From positions 126,959 to 190,958 of the forward strand of contig CAKSAC010000001.1 in NCBI GenBank assembly GCA_934434925.1: a stretch of 64,000 bases of DNA, in the 5' to 3' direction. The notes beneath the pieces were generated by a model that saw only the letters and a list, made by a program, of their open reading frames with translations, did not search any database and was not told the origin of the DNA. Positions 7,370 to 14,174 of the stretch are shown here, one piece after another (positions within the stretch are counted from its first letter, which is position 1; every line of letters starts with the position of its first letter). This DNA comes from an uncultured Eubacteriales bacterium (GTDB lineage: Bacteria; Bacillota; Clostridia; Oscillospirales; CAG-272). The translations under genes and the position numbers were made by a program.

Positions 7370-8075
7370 AAATCCACAGGACGCACGGATCAAACTGCTG
7401 GTAGCCATTATCGGAAAAAACGATGAGGAAGCGTTTGTCGAAGCATGCAATAATATTTGCGTATCGCTTCATTTTGCCGGAATCGGTTTCGGTACGGCAA
7501 AGTCAAACTATCGCAGTTATCTCGGTATTGACGAGGCGGAAAAACGCGTGGCCTATGCCCTTTTTCCCGCATATTGCGAACATGCGCTCCTGCGCGAGAT
7601 CATCCGCCATCTGCAACTCTATCTTCGAGGGAAAGGCATCTGTTTCACCATCCCGCTTTCGGGTATTTCCAACATTATCGCCCGCTCTTTACTGACCACT
7701 CCCTACCGGGAGGACACCCATTCTACCTCTAAAACAGAAAAGGAGAAAGGCAAAATGCACGAATTGATCCTTGCGGTTGTCAATCAGAAGTATACGGAGG
7801 ATGTTTTGGACAGCGCCCGGAATGCCGGCGCCACCGGCGCGACTTTGCTGCATACGCGCAGTATCGGCAACGAGCAAGCCGAACAGCTTATCGGTACTTC
7901 AATTGAAAAAGAAACCGATACCATAGCCATTCTGACAAACACGGAATTCAAACAAAATATCATGGAAGCGATTCGCGATCGCGCAGGTCTGAAAACCGAA
8001 GGGGGAGCCATTCTGCTTTCTCTCCCGGTCGATAGTTTCATCGGAATCGGCCGTCTCGACACCGAGGACGAATGA
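7356..8075 (+). CDS. Fused tandem PII/GlnB-like signal-transduction protein (two modules)
   Basis: GAAGGAGG at 7340-7347 precedes ATG 7356, and the start overlaps the upstream stop at 7367-7369. Module 2 (from MHELILAVVN...NAGATGATLLHTRSIG) is clearly PII-like. Module 1 (IKLLVAIIGKNDEEAF...) has the same beta-alpha-beta pattern. An in-frame AAGGAG + ATG occurs at 7755. Confidence 0.6.
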   Translation: MPPRKNPQDARIKLLVAIIGKNDEEAFVEACNNICVSLHFAGIGFGTAKSNYRSYLGIDEAEKRVAYALFPAYCEHALLREIIRHLQLYLRGKGICFTIPLSGISNIIARSLLTTPYREDTHSTSKTEKEKGKMHELILAVVNQKYTEDVLDSARNAGATGATLLHTRSIGNEQAEQLIGTSIEKETDTIAILTNTEFKQNIMEAIRDRAGLKTEGGAILLSLPVDSFIGIGRLDTEDE

Positions 8076-8153
8076 CATCTTGTGCGCCGAGGCTTCCGCC
8101 GTCAAACCCGGGAGGCCGGACGGGCCAAATTCCTGCATCCCTTCCCTACCATC

Positions 8154-8200
8154 AAAAACAGAGGCTCCGTTGAGGGGCCTCTGTTTTATTTGTCTTTTTT
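8154..8200. terminator. Bidirectional rho-independent terminator
   Basis: ACAGAGGC (8158-8165) pairs with GCCTCTGT (8177-8184), with an A-run before and T-runs after. It sits between convergent genes. Confidence 0.6.
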
Positions 8201-8238
8201 CCGGCATCCGGAAAGCGGTTTTTCCGATGGTTTGGGTC

Positions 8239-9813
8239 TTATTGACGGAGAGTCACATCATCGTAGGGGATTGTTCCGACGGCTTTTGCGTCTCCGGCAA
8301 GGATGGCAAGCGCATGTCGGACGCATTCTTCTGAAGGATATCCGAGGATGAAGCGGTCACAGCGCGGCACATCGTCCATCACATGCGGATTTCCGAAGTG
8401 AAGAATGGCGGCGATGCGGTTTGTGGATTGCAAGGCTCTCATGACCGCCAATACCCGTTCGGTCAGGCAGTCGCGGCCGAGATACGCCTGCATGCGGTGC
8501 GATGTGACGTACACAACGCCGTCGTAAGGAATTTGCTTGTCAAAAAGGCGGATATTATCATTGGCGGAAGGAAATTCCGGCAGAAATACACAATCGGAAG
8601 CAGGAAACTGCTTTTTGATCATATCCTGCACATGGTGCGGATAAAACCACTCATTGGCAAAGGGGGGCGCGTCCGGCGCGGGAACATCTTCCCGCAAAGC
8701 TCTTTCGGAAAGGAGAACAAAGAGGAACTTCCCTTCTTTCGGGATAGCGTGAGAAACCCCTGCCGCATACCGGGCGGAAACGCATTCGTCCGAGATACGG
8801 TTGAAAGCGTCAAAAGTCTTTTGCGGCGGAGCTTCTTTCCGCTCGGATAAAAGATTGACCTTGTGCTGTGCAAGCAGAACATGGCGCACCGCTTCATCCA
8901 GGTCCTCCATGGAGAAAAGGCCTCTTTCAAATCCGTCACGGAGATATTCGTACCCGACTTCACAAGAAACATTCCACGGGAGTGCCAGATCGTTTCCTGC
9001 CGCAATACACAACGGAGTGGGGTCTTTTTGGCCGTACTTGAGGACAAGCCCCATCATCGACAGTGCGTCGGTCAAAGAAACGCCGTCCCAGCCGCGATCG
9101 CGTAAAAGGTTCATGACCTTTTTGGAAAGGCTGGCAGGACGCTCCGTGTCAACGGCGGAAATAATCCGATGGCCGGGCATGATGCCATCCAGCAGCCCTT
9201 CGTCCATCAGGCGATAATACGGTAAAAGATCATAGGAAAGCAGTTCATCGAGCGGATGATCGTTCCGCCCCTCCTGCATATGGGTATCGATCGTCGCATC
9301 GCCGGGGCCGGGATAATGCTTGGCAATCGAGAAAATACCGGAATCGTGCAGACCGCGCACGGTAGCCAATGCCATTTGCGCAACTTTTTCCGCGTTGGTT
9401 CCCATATGACGCATAGAAACGTTCGAGAGGTCAACGACGGGGCCGTTCATGGCATTGAATCCCAGTTCACGCAATTCATAGCCGACGACCCGACCATAGG
9501 CGTAAGCATAATCTTCATTGTAACCGGTAGCGCCGAGAGAACGTGCAGTCGGGAATGTGAAGCGTTCATATCCCTGCTCCGCGTCTCCGACAATCAGGAT
9601 CGGATAGTCTGCGGTCTCATTGATTTGTTTCAGGATTTCGTCGCGTCCTGGAGCTCCCCGGCTGACCCATACAGCACCGAGCCGATGTTCCCGGATCATC
9701 CGGAGCATCTTTTCAATCTCATTTTCCGAGAAACCGCTCTGCGCGTTGGTGCAGAGTACCATACCGAGTTTTTGTTCTGTGGTAAGGTCTTCGATGCGCA
9801 ATTCCTTTTTCAT
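8239..9813 (-). CDS. Glycoside hydrolase family 3 protein (NagZ-like beta-N-acetylhexosaminidase / beta-glucosidase type); no signal peptide
   Basis: GH3 N-terminal domain motifs are present (KHYPGPGDATIDTHM, SLTDALSM). I set the start to ATG 9813 (GGAAAGGA upstream) rather than the track's GTG 9837. Confidence 0.8.
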   Translation of the reverse strand: MKKELRIEDLTTEQKLGMVLCTNAQSGFSENEIEKMLRMIREHRLGAVWVSRGAPGRDEILKQINETADYPILIVGDAEQGYERFTFPTARSLGATGYNEDYAYAYGRVVGYELRELGFNAMNGPVVDLSNVSMRHMGTNAEKVAQMALATVRGLHDSGIFSIAKHYPGPGDATIDTHMQEGRNDHPLDELLSYDLLPYYRLMDEGLLDGIMPGHRIISAVDTERPASLSKKVMNLLRDRGWDGVSLTDALSMMGLVLKYGQKDPTPLCIAAGNDLALPWNVSCEVGYEYLRDGFERGLFSMEDLDEAVRHVLLAQHKVNLLSERKEAPPQKTFDAFNRISDECVSARYAAGVSHAIPKEGKFLFVLLSERALREDVPAPDAPPFANEWFYPHHVQDMIKKQFPASDCVFLPEFPSANDNIRLFDKQIPYDGVVYVTSHRMQAYLGRDCLTERVLAVMRALQSTNRIAAILHFGNPHVMDDVPRCDRFILGYPSEECVRHALAILAGDAKAVGTIPYDDVTLRQ

Positions 9814-9830
9814 ACTTTTTTCCTTTCCGG

Positions 9831-9859
9831 TTGACACAGCATGAACGCTTGTGTAAAAT
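9831..9859 (+). promoter_or_regulatory. Sigma-A promoter of the AraC-family regulator gene
   Basis: TTGACA (9831-9836), a 17-nt spacer, then TAAAAT (9854-9859) with a TG extension at 9852-9853. Confidence 0.55.
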
Positions 9860-9888
9860 TAAATGAGTACAATATACGAGGATATGGT

Positions 9889-10773
9889 ATGGATAGATCA
9901 CTGCGGACAAAGAAGAAAAGCACTTCCCCGCGCGAATACTATTATACGACCTGGGTGCCGCGCGCTAATTACACGACCGAAGATGAACCGATCGTGGTAA
10001 ACTGCGCCGATTTCAGCAACCGGGCTTTTCCGTTTACCACGCGCATTCCGGAAGGGAGACTGGATGTTTCCGTCTGCTATATTGCGGAGGGAGAACTGTT
10101 TTTTCAGATAGGCGGCGGAGAGAGGCAGATCGCAAAAGCGGGAACGGTCGTGGTAATCTTGCCGCATGTGCCGGTGATATACGGATACGAGGGGGCCGGA
10201 GACCCGCCGGTGCGCCGGTCATATTGGCTGCATTTTACCGGCAGCCACGCCATGAAACTCCTGGAAATCTGCGGATTTGAACAGGGCGGATTTTTTGAAC
10301 TTCCCGATGAAAGTGGTGGTACTGCCGCCTTTACGGCTCTGCTTGACGAGATGAGGCATCCCCCGACCCCGCTGACCCGTACCCGGGCGGCCGCGGCGGC
10401 CGTTTCTTTGCTGACGCAATTCGGTCGCAGTCTTGAGCGCGGCATGGAGAACCGCCGTCTGCCCAGGTCAATCGCGTATCTCCGTGAACATTTCACCGAG
10501 GAAATCAATAAGAACGAACTTGCCGCCATGGACGGGTTGAGTCTTTCGCATTATCACACCCTTTTCCGGCGGGCGATGGGACGAACCCCGGCGGCTTATA
10601 TTACATTTTTACGTATTGAGAAGGCGCGGGAACTCCTGTTGGATCCGGACATGCCGATTACCGAGGTCGCACGTGAATGCGGATATGAAGACCCCTTGTA
10701 TTTTTCCCGTGTTTTCAGCCGGATGTTAGGGGTGTCTCCTTCCGAATACCGGCGGCACGGGGCGGACGGTTAA
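9889..10773 (+). CDS. AraC-family transcriptional regulator (cupin sensor domain + HTH)
   Basis: The C-terminal AraC helix-turn-helix is present (ITEVARECGYEDPLYFSRVFSRMLGVSPSEYR). The start is set to ATG 9889 (GAGGA upstream) because the track start 9841 lies inside the predicted promoter. Confidence 0.8.
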   Translation: MDRSLRTKKKSTSPREYYYTTWVPRANYTTEDEPIVVNCADFSNRAFPFTTRIPEGRLDVSVCYIAEGELFFQIGGGERQIAKAGTVVVILPHVPVIYGYEGAGDPPVRRSYWLHFTGSHAMKLLEICGFEQGGFFELPDESGGTAAFTALLDEMRHPPTPLTRTRAAAAAVSLLTQFGRSLERGMENRRLPRSIAYLREHFTEEINKNELAAMDGLSLSHYHTLFRRAMGRTPAAYITFLRIEKARELLLDPDMPITEVARECGYEDPLYFSRVFSRMLGVSPSEYRRHGADG

Positions 10774-11801
10774 GCAAAGACCGCCGACCAATCGTTCAGG
10801 AGAATCATACCGATCACGGCAATAACGCAACCGACATACTGCGCCGGACGCAGTTTTTCACGGAAGATAAACCGTGCAATGATGAAGGAAAACAGAATCG
10901 AAAAGCCCGTATTCGCCATGAAGTAGAACGCGACCGGCAAATATGCAATGGTGAGGCTGCTGGTGTAAAACGAAGTGGCGTTTGTGATGGCGTAACAAAC
11001 TATCCATCCGCAACCGATCAGCGTAACAGGCAGAAATTCTTTGAAAGAGGGCCTCCCTTTTCCCGGGAGCGTTACCCCGTCCTCATCGACCCCTGTTTTT
11101 TGCGGCGGATATCGGAAAAGGACAACGGCAAAGATGACGATTTGCAGAAGCGAAGCATAGAAAAGGCAGTTTTCCAACGTTGAAGCGCCGGAAGACGCCC
11201 CTTCCCAGTTGTCAAGCAATTTGACGGAAAAACCTTCCATCCCGTTTCCGACCGCACCGACAAGCACCCAGAACCAAAAGGCGGGCGTTGTCTTGGAAAG
11301 CGGCTGTCCGTTTCCCTCTTTTTTATTAAAAAGGAAGAGTGCCAGGAAAAGAAGCGCGATCCCGATGGCCATATACCAGCGCACTTTGTTGCTGTCAGGC
11401 CAGATGAGCGCGCTGAGAAGAATCGGAATGACCAGCCCTGCGCGAAGAATGATGGATGTAAGGAGCAATGGCCCATGGCGGACAGCCATGAGATAGCCGA
11501 GCATACCGAGAAAATACGCTACTGCACGGATGATTGCGCAAACAACGGTGGGGGTATCCCAGACAAACAAGGAACCCGTATTCCGGACGGTCGCCGCCAC
11601 AATGCTGGCAACCAGGAAAAAGAGCGTTTCAAACCCGACCAACATCAGGTTGAAGCTGTTGGCACTGTTATAAATGTCCTGCGTGCATTTGGCATGCCGT
11701 TTGACCCAGATAGAGCCGGAACCGCCGATCAGAAGACTGGCGAAGAAAAACAGATATGCAAATACCGTTGCGTGGCCCGGTGTACCGAAAATCGTTTCCA
11801 T
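10770..11801 (-). CDS. DMT-superfamily (EamA/sugar-transporter-like) ten-helix membrane protein
   Basis: Hydrophobic ORF. I set the start to ATG 11801 (GGAGGAG 6 nt upstream); the track start 11825 lies next to the -10 element. Confidence 0.6.
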   Translation of the reverse strand: METIFGTPGHATVFAYLFFFASLLIGGSGSIWVKRHAKCTQDIYNSANSFNLMLVGFETLFFLVASIVAATVRNTGSLFVWDTPTVVCAIIRAVAYFLGMLGYLMAVRHGPLLLTSIILRAGLVIPILLSALIWPDSNKVRWYMAIGIALLFLALFLFNKKEGNGQPLSKTTPAFWFWVLVGAVGNGMEGFSVKLLDNWEGASSGASTLENCLFYASLLQIVIFAVVLFRYPPQKTGVDEDGVTLPGKGRPSFKEFLPVTLIGCGWIVCYAITNATSFYTSSLTIAYLPVAFYFMANTGFSILFSFIIARFIFREKLRPAQYVGCVIAVIGMILLNDWSAVFA

Positions 11802-11829
11802 AATACTCCTCCGCTTTTTGTACATCTTC

Positions 11830-11838
11830 AGTATACCA
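11830..11838 (-). promoter_or_regulatory. Extended -10 element (TGGTATACT) for the DMT transporter gene
   Basis: The minus strand reads TGGTATACT about 30 nt upstream of ATG 11801. The -35 is weak. Confidence 0.45.
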
Positions 11839-11903
11839 GCGAAAGAGGGCGGTGGGAATTGTTTTTTTACCGAACGATATGGATTTTTTTACGATTATTT
11901 GAT

Positions 11904-11940
11904 AATAAAAAACGCCCGAAAACCGGACGTTTGTATTTTG
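11904..11940 (-). terminator. Rho-independent terminator (minus strand) closing the ORF-free region
   Basis: Stem AACGCCCG/CGGACGTT (11911-11931, one mismatch), followed on the minus strand by TTTTTATT. Confidence 0.6.
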
Positions 11941-12187
11941 CGTGATGCCGGAAGTCTCCGATATCTGTACCCCTGTGCCTTATCGCCGCGCAGCATGCCG
12001 GGCAAGCGCACGGACCGGGCTGGTTCGCTTGAACGGGAGCCTTGTCGGATTTCAAAGGGTTTTTTGCGCATGGTTTTCCGCCAAGCGGTCCCGGACGGTT
12101 TTTCCGGCCAGGGGCAAATCCTCATGGATCCTGCTTGTTATCGACAAATAAATCGCGGGAAGGCCCAAATTCGTTTTAAGAAGACCG

Positions 12188-12213
12188 AAAACAGAAAACC
12201 GCCGAAACGGCGG
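12188..12213 (-). terminator. Terminator-like hairpin inside the ORF-free region
   Basis: CCGCCG-AAA-CGGCGG (12199-12213), followed on the minus strand by TTTTCTGTTTT. Confidence 0.45.
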
Positions 12214-12390
12214 CATGTTTCTGGTTCTCTGTAAGCCGAAGATCAAGCAGAGGCAACGTGCTTTCCTGCTTTATCGTTCAGTCAGAAGTTCCCCGACCGG
12301 GGTGAGCAAAAAACTCTGAGACCAAACAAGCGGTAAAATCTTTCAATCTTTTTCGGCCCGTGATTACAACGCCCATCGGCTGAACATTCC

Positions 12391-12431
12391 GAAAAAAATA
12401 CGAACAGCGGATGTTCCCCGGTGTTCGTATT
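12391..12431 (-). terminator. Rho-independent terminator of tRNA-Ser
   Basis: 10-bp stem AATACGAACA (12397-12406) / TGTTCGTATT (12422-12431), followed on the minus strand by a T7 run. Confidence 0.7.
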
Positions 12432-12440
12432 GTTTCTTTA

Positions 12441-12532
12441 TGGCGGAGAAGAAGAGATTCGAACTCTTGAACCGCTTTTAACGGTTACACGATTTCCAGT
12501 CGTGCGCCCTCGACCAACTAGGCGACTTCTCC
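12441..12532 (-). tRNA. tRNA-Ser (anticodon GGA), class II with long variable arm, encoded CCA
   Basis: The reverse complement reads GGAGAAG-TC-GCCTAGTTGGTCGAGGGC-GCACGA-CTGGAAA-TCGTGT-AACCGTTAAAAGCGGTT-CAAGAGTTCGAATCTCTT-CTTCTCC-G-CCA. All four stems plus the variable arm pair correctly. Confidence 0.92.
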
Positions 12533-12566
12533 ATGGTCGCAGGCGGTCAACCTGACGACATGGCTT

Positions 12567-12595
12567 AGTATATCACACCTTCCGGAAAAAAGCAA
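12567..12595 (-). promoter_or_regulatory. Sigma-A promoter of tRNA-Ser
   Basis: On the minus strand, TTGCTT (12595-12590), a 17-nt spacer, then TATACT (12572-12567), about 30 nt upstream of the tRNA 5' end. Confidence 0.55.
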
Positions 12596-12697
12596 GTGGT
12601 TTTTGCAAAAAAACGCCGCAAAGTTTGGAATTTTCAAGCATTACACGGAAGACGGTCTTGAAAAGGACCGGGAAGCCCGAAGGCTCCCCGGTGGAGT

Positions 12698-13555
12698 TCA
12701 ATGTTTACCGCAACCGCAATTACCCCGATTGCCTCCGTCAGGTTCCGATCCGACAAGTTCTCCGCGGGAAGGCGGACAGAATTCCCCGACGGGAAACGCC
12801 ATCTTGCGGAAGAGACTGCAGGGATCGTCTTCATCCTGCGCCACACACTCTTTGTCCGGAACGCAGTAATCCGAGGCTTTGATCAGATATTGCGCCGGGC
12901 GCTCGATCCGGATGACCGAGAAGATTCCGATCGTGACAAGCAGGCGATTTCTGTCATCGCCGTCGGTCAGATTACCGGAAACCGCCGACGAAACCGATGC
13001 GGGAATATCAGCACAGCAACAACAGCAATATCCGCAGGGTGTTTTCGGTTCCACGACGCGGGCGGACAGAAGAACGGGATTCACAACTTCGCATACGCCG
13101 ACCGGTACGTTGGTGGAGCGGTTGTCCGGTTCGCAGGCATCGCAAGGACCGACGCTCGGATCACTGCGGAAAATGTTGACGTTTCCGATACTGCCATACA
13201 GTACCACTTTCTTTTCCACCACGGCAATACCGCTGAATTCCTGGTTCCTTCCAAGCCCCACGCAGGCCTCGCACGTTACTTTGATATAGAAACGAACGGT
13301 TACCTGATAAAATCCACGGTTGAACGGTACAGGATCCACGCCGACATAAGTCCAAAGGATGGAGGCCTCTTTGGTACGCACCGCTACATTCCGATCGACG
13401 ATCTCTTGCCCGAAGGGGCAAAGGTACACGCGCACATCTTCATAACAATCGCGGTCACGGCAGGAGTCCAACACTCTGAAAGTGTCAATGCAGACAGTCT
13501 CCCGGTCCGGAGAGCATCCGCCAAGAGGCCCCAAGGCCCCTCTGTTTTCTGACAT
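12698..13555 (-). CDS. Cysteine-rich hypothetical protein (22 Cys in 285 aa, CCCCC run); possible spore coat/exosporium-type protein
   Basis: ORF 12698..13555 has AGGGGGA 8 nt upstream of the ATG and a protein-like composition. The mirror ORF on the plus strand is Arg-rich shadow. I recognise no family. Confidence 0.65.
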   Translation of the reverse strand: MSENRGALGPLGGCSPDRETVCIDTFRVLDSCRDRDCYEDVRVYLCPFGQEIVDRNVAVRTKEASILWTYVGVDPVPFNRGFYQVTVRFYIKVTCEACVGLGRNQEFSGIAVVEKKVVLYGSIGNVNIFRSDPSVGPCDACEPDNRSTNVPVGVCEVVNPVLLSARVVEPKTPCGYCCCCCADIPASVSSAVSGNLTDGDDRNRLLVTIGIFSVIRIERPAQYLIKASDYCVPDKECVAQDEDDPCSLFRKMAFPVGEFCPPSRGELVGSEPDGGNRGNCGCGKH

Positions 13556-13637
13556 ATGGTTATCCCCCTATAATACTGAATTAACGAGGCAACGGCTGCC
13601 TCGATAATAGGGTATGCAATTTCCGCGTCTCTTGACT

Positions 13638-13667
13638 AAAAAGAAAGCCGGCGGATCTGCCGCCGGC
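13638..13667 (-). terminator. Rho-independent terminator after the P-loop ATPase gene
   Basis: GCCGGCGG (13647-13654) pairs with CCGCCGGC (13660-13667), followed on the minus strand by TTTCTTTTT. Confidence 0.65.
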
Positions 13668-13681
13668 ACTGGTTAAAAAGG

Positions 13682-14086
13682 TCAGATGAATTTTTTGATT
13701 TCTTCCGGGCAATCGGAAGGATCCATCGAAACGGTAGCCGTGAAACGGATGTTGGCCGCATTTGTCAGTTCATCCACCTTCAGAAGAAACTCTCCGAAGT
13801 TGGCATCCGTTCCGCAAATCTTCAGTGTGGAATCCAGGAAAATATCAGTGATATCGTAGTTACTGGCCGCGATTCCGGCAATAAAACCGTATAGCGTTGC
13901 GGCATCGAATACTTTGTAGGAATCCGTATCCACGAGACGCACTTTGTGCGAAATATTCTTATTCAGCGTCAGCCCTTTTTCGATGCAGATCACACATCCT
14001 TTTGAAGCTATTGCCGCCTCGTTAACTTGTTCAATCAAAGTTTTGGTCTTGCCTGTACCTTTTTTGCCGACAATTAATTTTACCAT
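13682..14086 (-). CDS. Small (134-aa) P-loop NTPase of unknown function
   Basis: AGGAGGA precedes the ATG. Walker A is GKKGTGKT at residues 7-14, and a Walker-B-like hhhhD motif (DITDIFLDS) is present. No other domain. Confidence 0.6.
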   Translation of the reverse strand: MVKLIVGKKGTGKTKTLIEQVNEAAIASKGCVICIEKGLTLNKNISHKVRLVDTDSYKVFDAATLYGFIAGIAASNYDITDIFLDSTLKICGTDANFGEFLLKVDELTNAANIRFTATVSMDPSDCPEEIKKFI

Positions 14087-14129
14087 AGTAACATCCTCCT
14101 GAAAGTATTCGGGGATTCCCCTTGTTTAT

Positions 14130-14158
14130 ATCATACACTTTTTTTGAGGAAATTGCAA
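14130..14158 (-). promoter_or_regulatory. Sigma-A promoter of the P-loop NTPase gene
   Basis: On the minus strand, TTGCAA (14158-14153), a 17-nt spacer, then TATGAT (14135-14130). Confidence 0.5.
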
Positions 14159-14174
14159 TAGATTTCCCTGATTT

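Noticed and set aside
856-8184. Two terminators (856-876 and 8158-8184) share the stem sequence ACAGAGGC...GCCTCTGT with A/T flanks, which suggests a dispersed palindromic element.
   Set aside because: There are only two copies, and only 8-9 nt are shared. The loops differ, and both sit exactly where terminators are expected between convergent genes. Chance similarity of GC-rich terminator stems is the simpler explanation.
11940-12390. I tested whether the ORF-free region is RNase P RNA, SRP RNA, tmRNA, a cobalamin or guanidine riboswitch, or a T-box leader. The minus strand has CGGCTTACAGAGAAC, which resembles the GGCUUACAGAAC near the 3' end of Bacillus RNase P RNA.
   Set aside because: The defining cores are absent on both strands:
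- RNase P: no GAGGAAAGUCC.
- SRP: no GUCCGGAAGGAAGCAGC.
- tmRNA: no tRNA-like CCA end or tag ORF.
- Cobalamin riboswitch: no GCCACUG B12 box.
- Guanidine riboswitch: no GGUCCGAGAG.
- T-box: no GGGUGGUACCGCG.

The single short match is not sufficient, so the region is reported only as unclassified.
12701-13552. A 283-aa plus-strand ORF that mirrors the Cys-rich minus-strand gene almost base for base. The start of one abuts the stop of the other at both ends, which suggests a possible bidirectionally coding locus.
   Set aside because: The two frames are in exact codon register. The plus ORF stays open simply because the real gene avoids the rare codons TTA, CTA and TCA. Its product is Arg-rich and low in complexity, and it has no SD. 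Equally long antisense ORFs occur opposite many genes here (see the next entry), so this is a genome-wide GC/codon-bias artefact.
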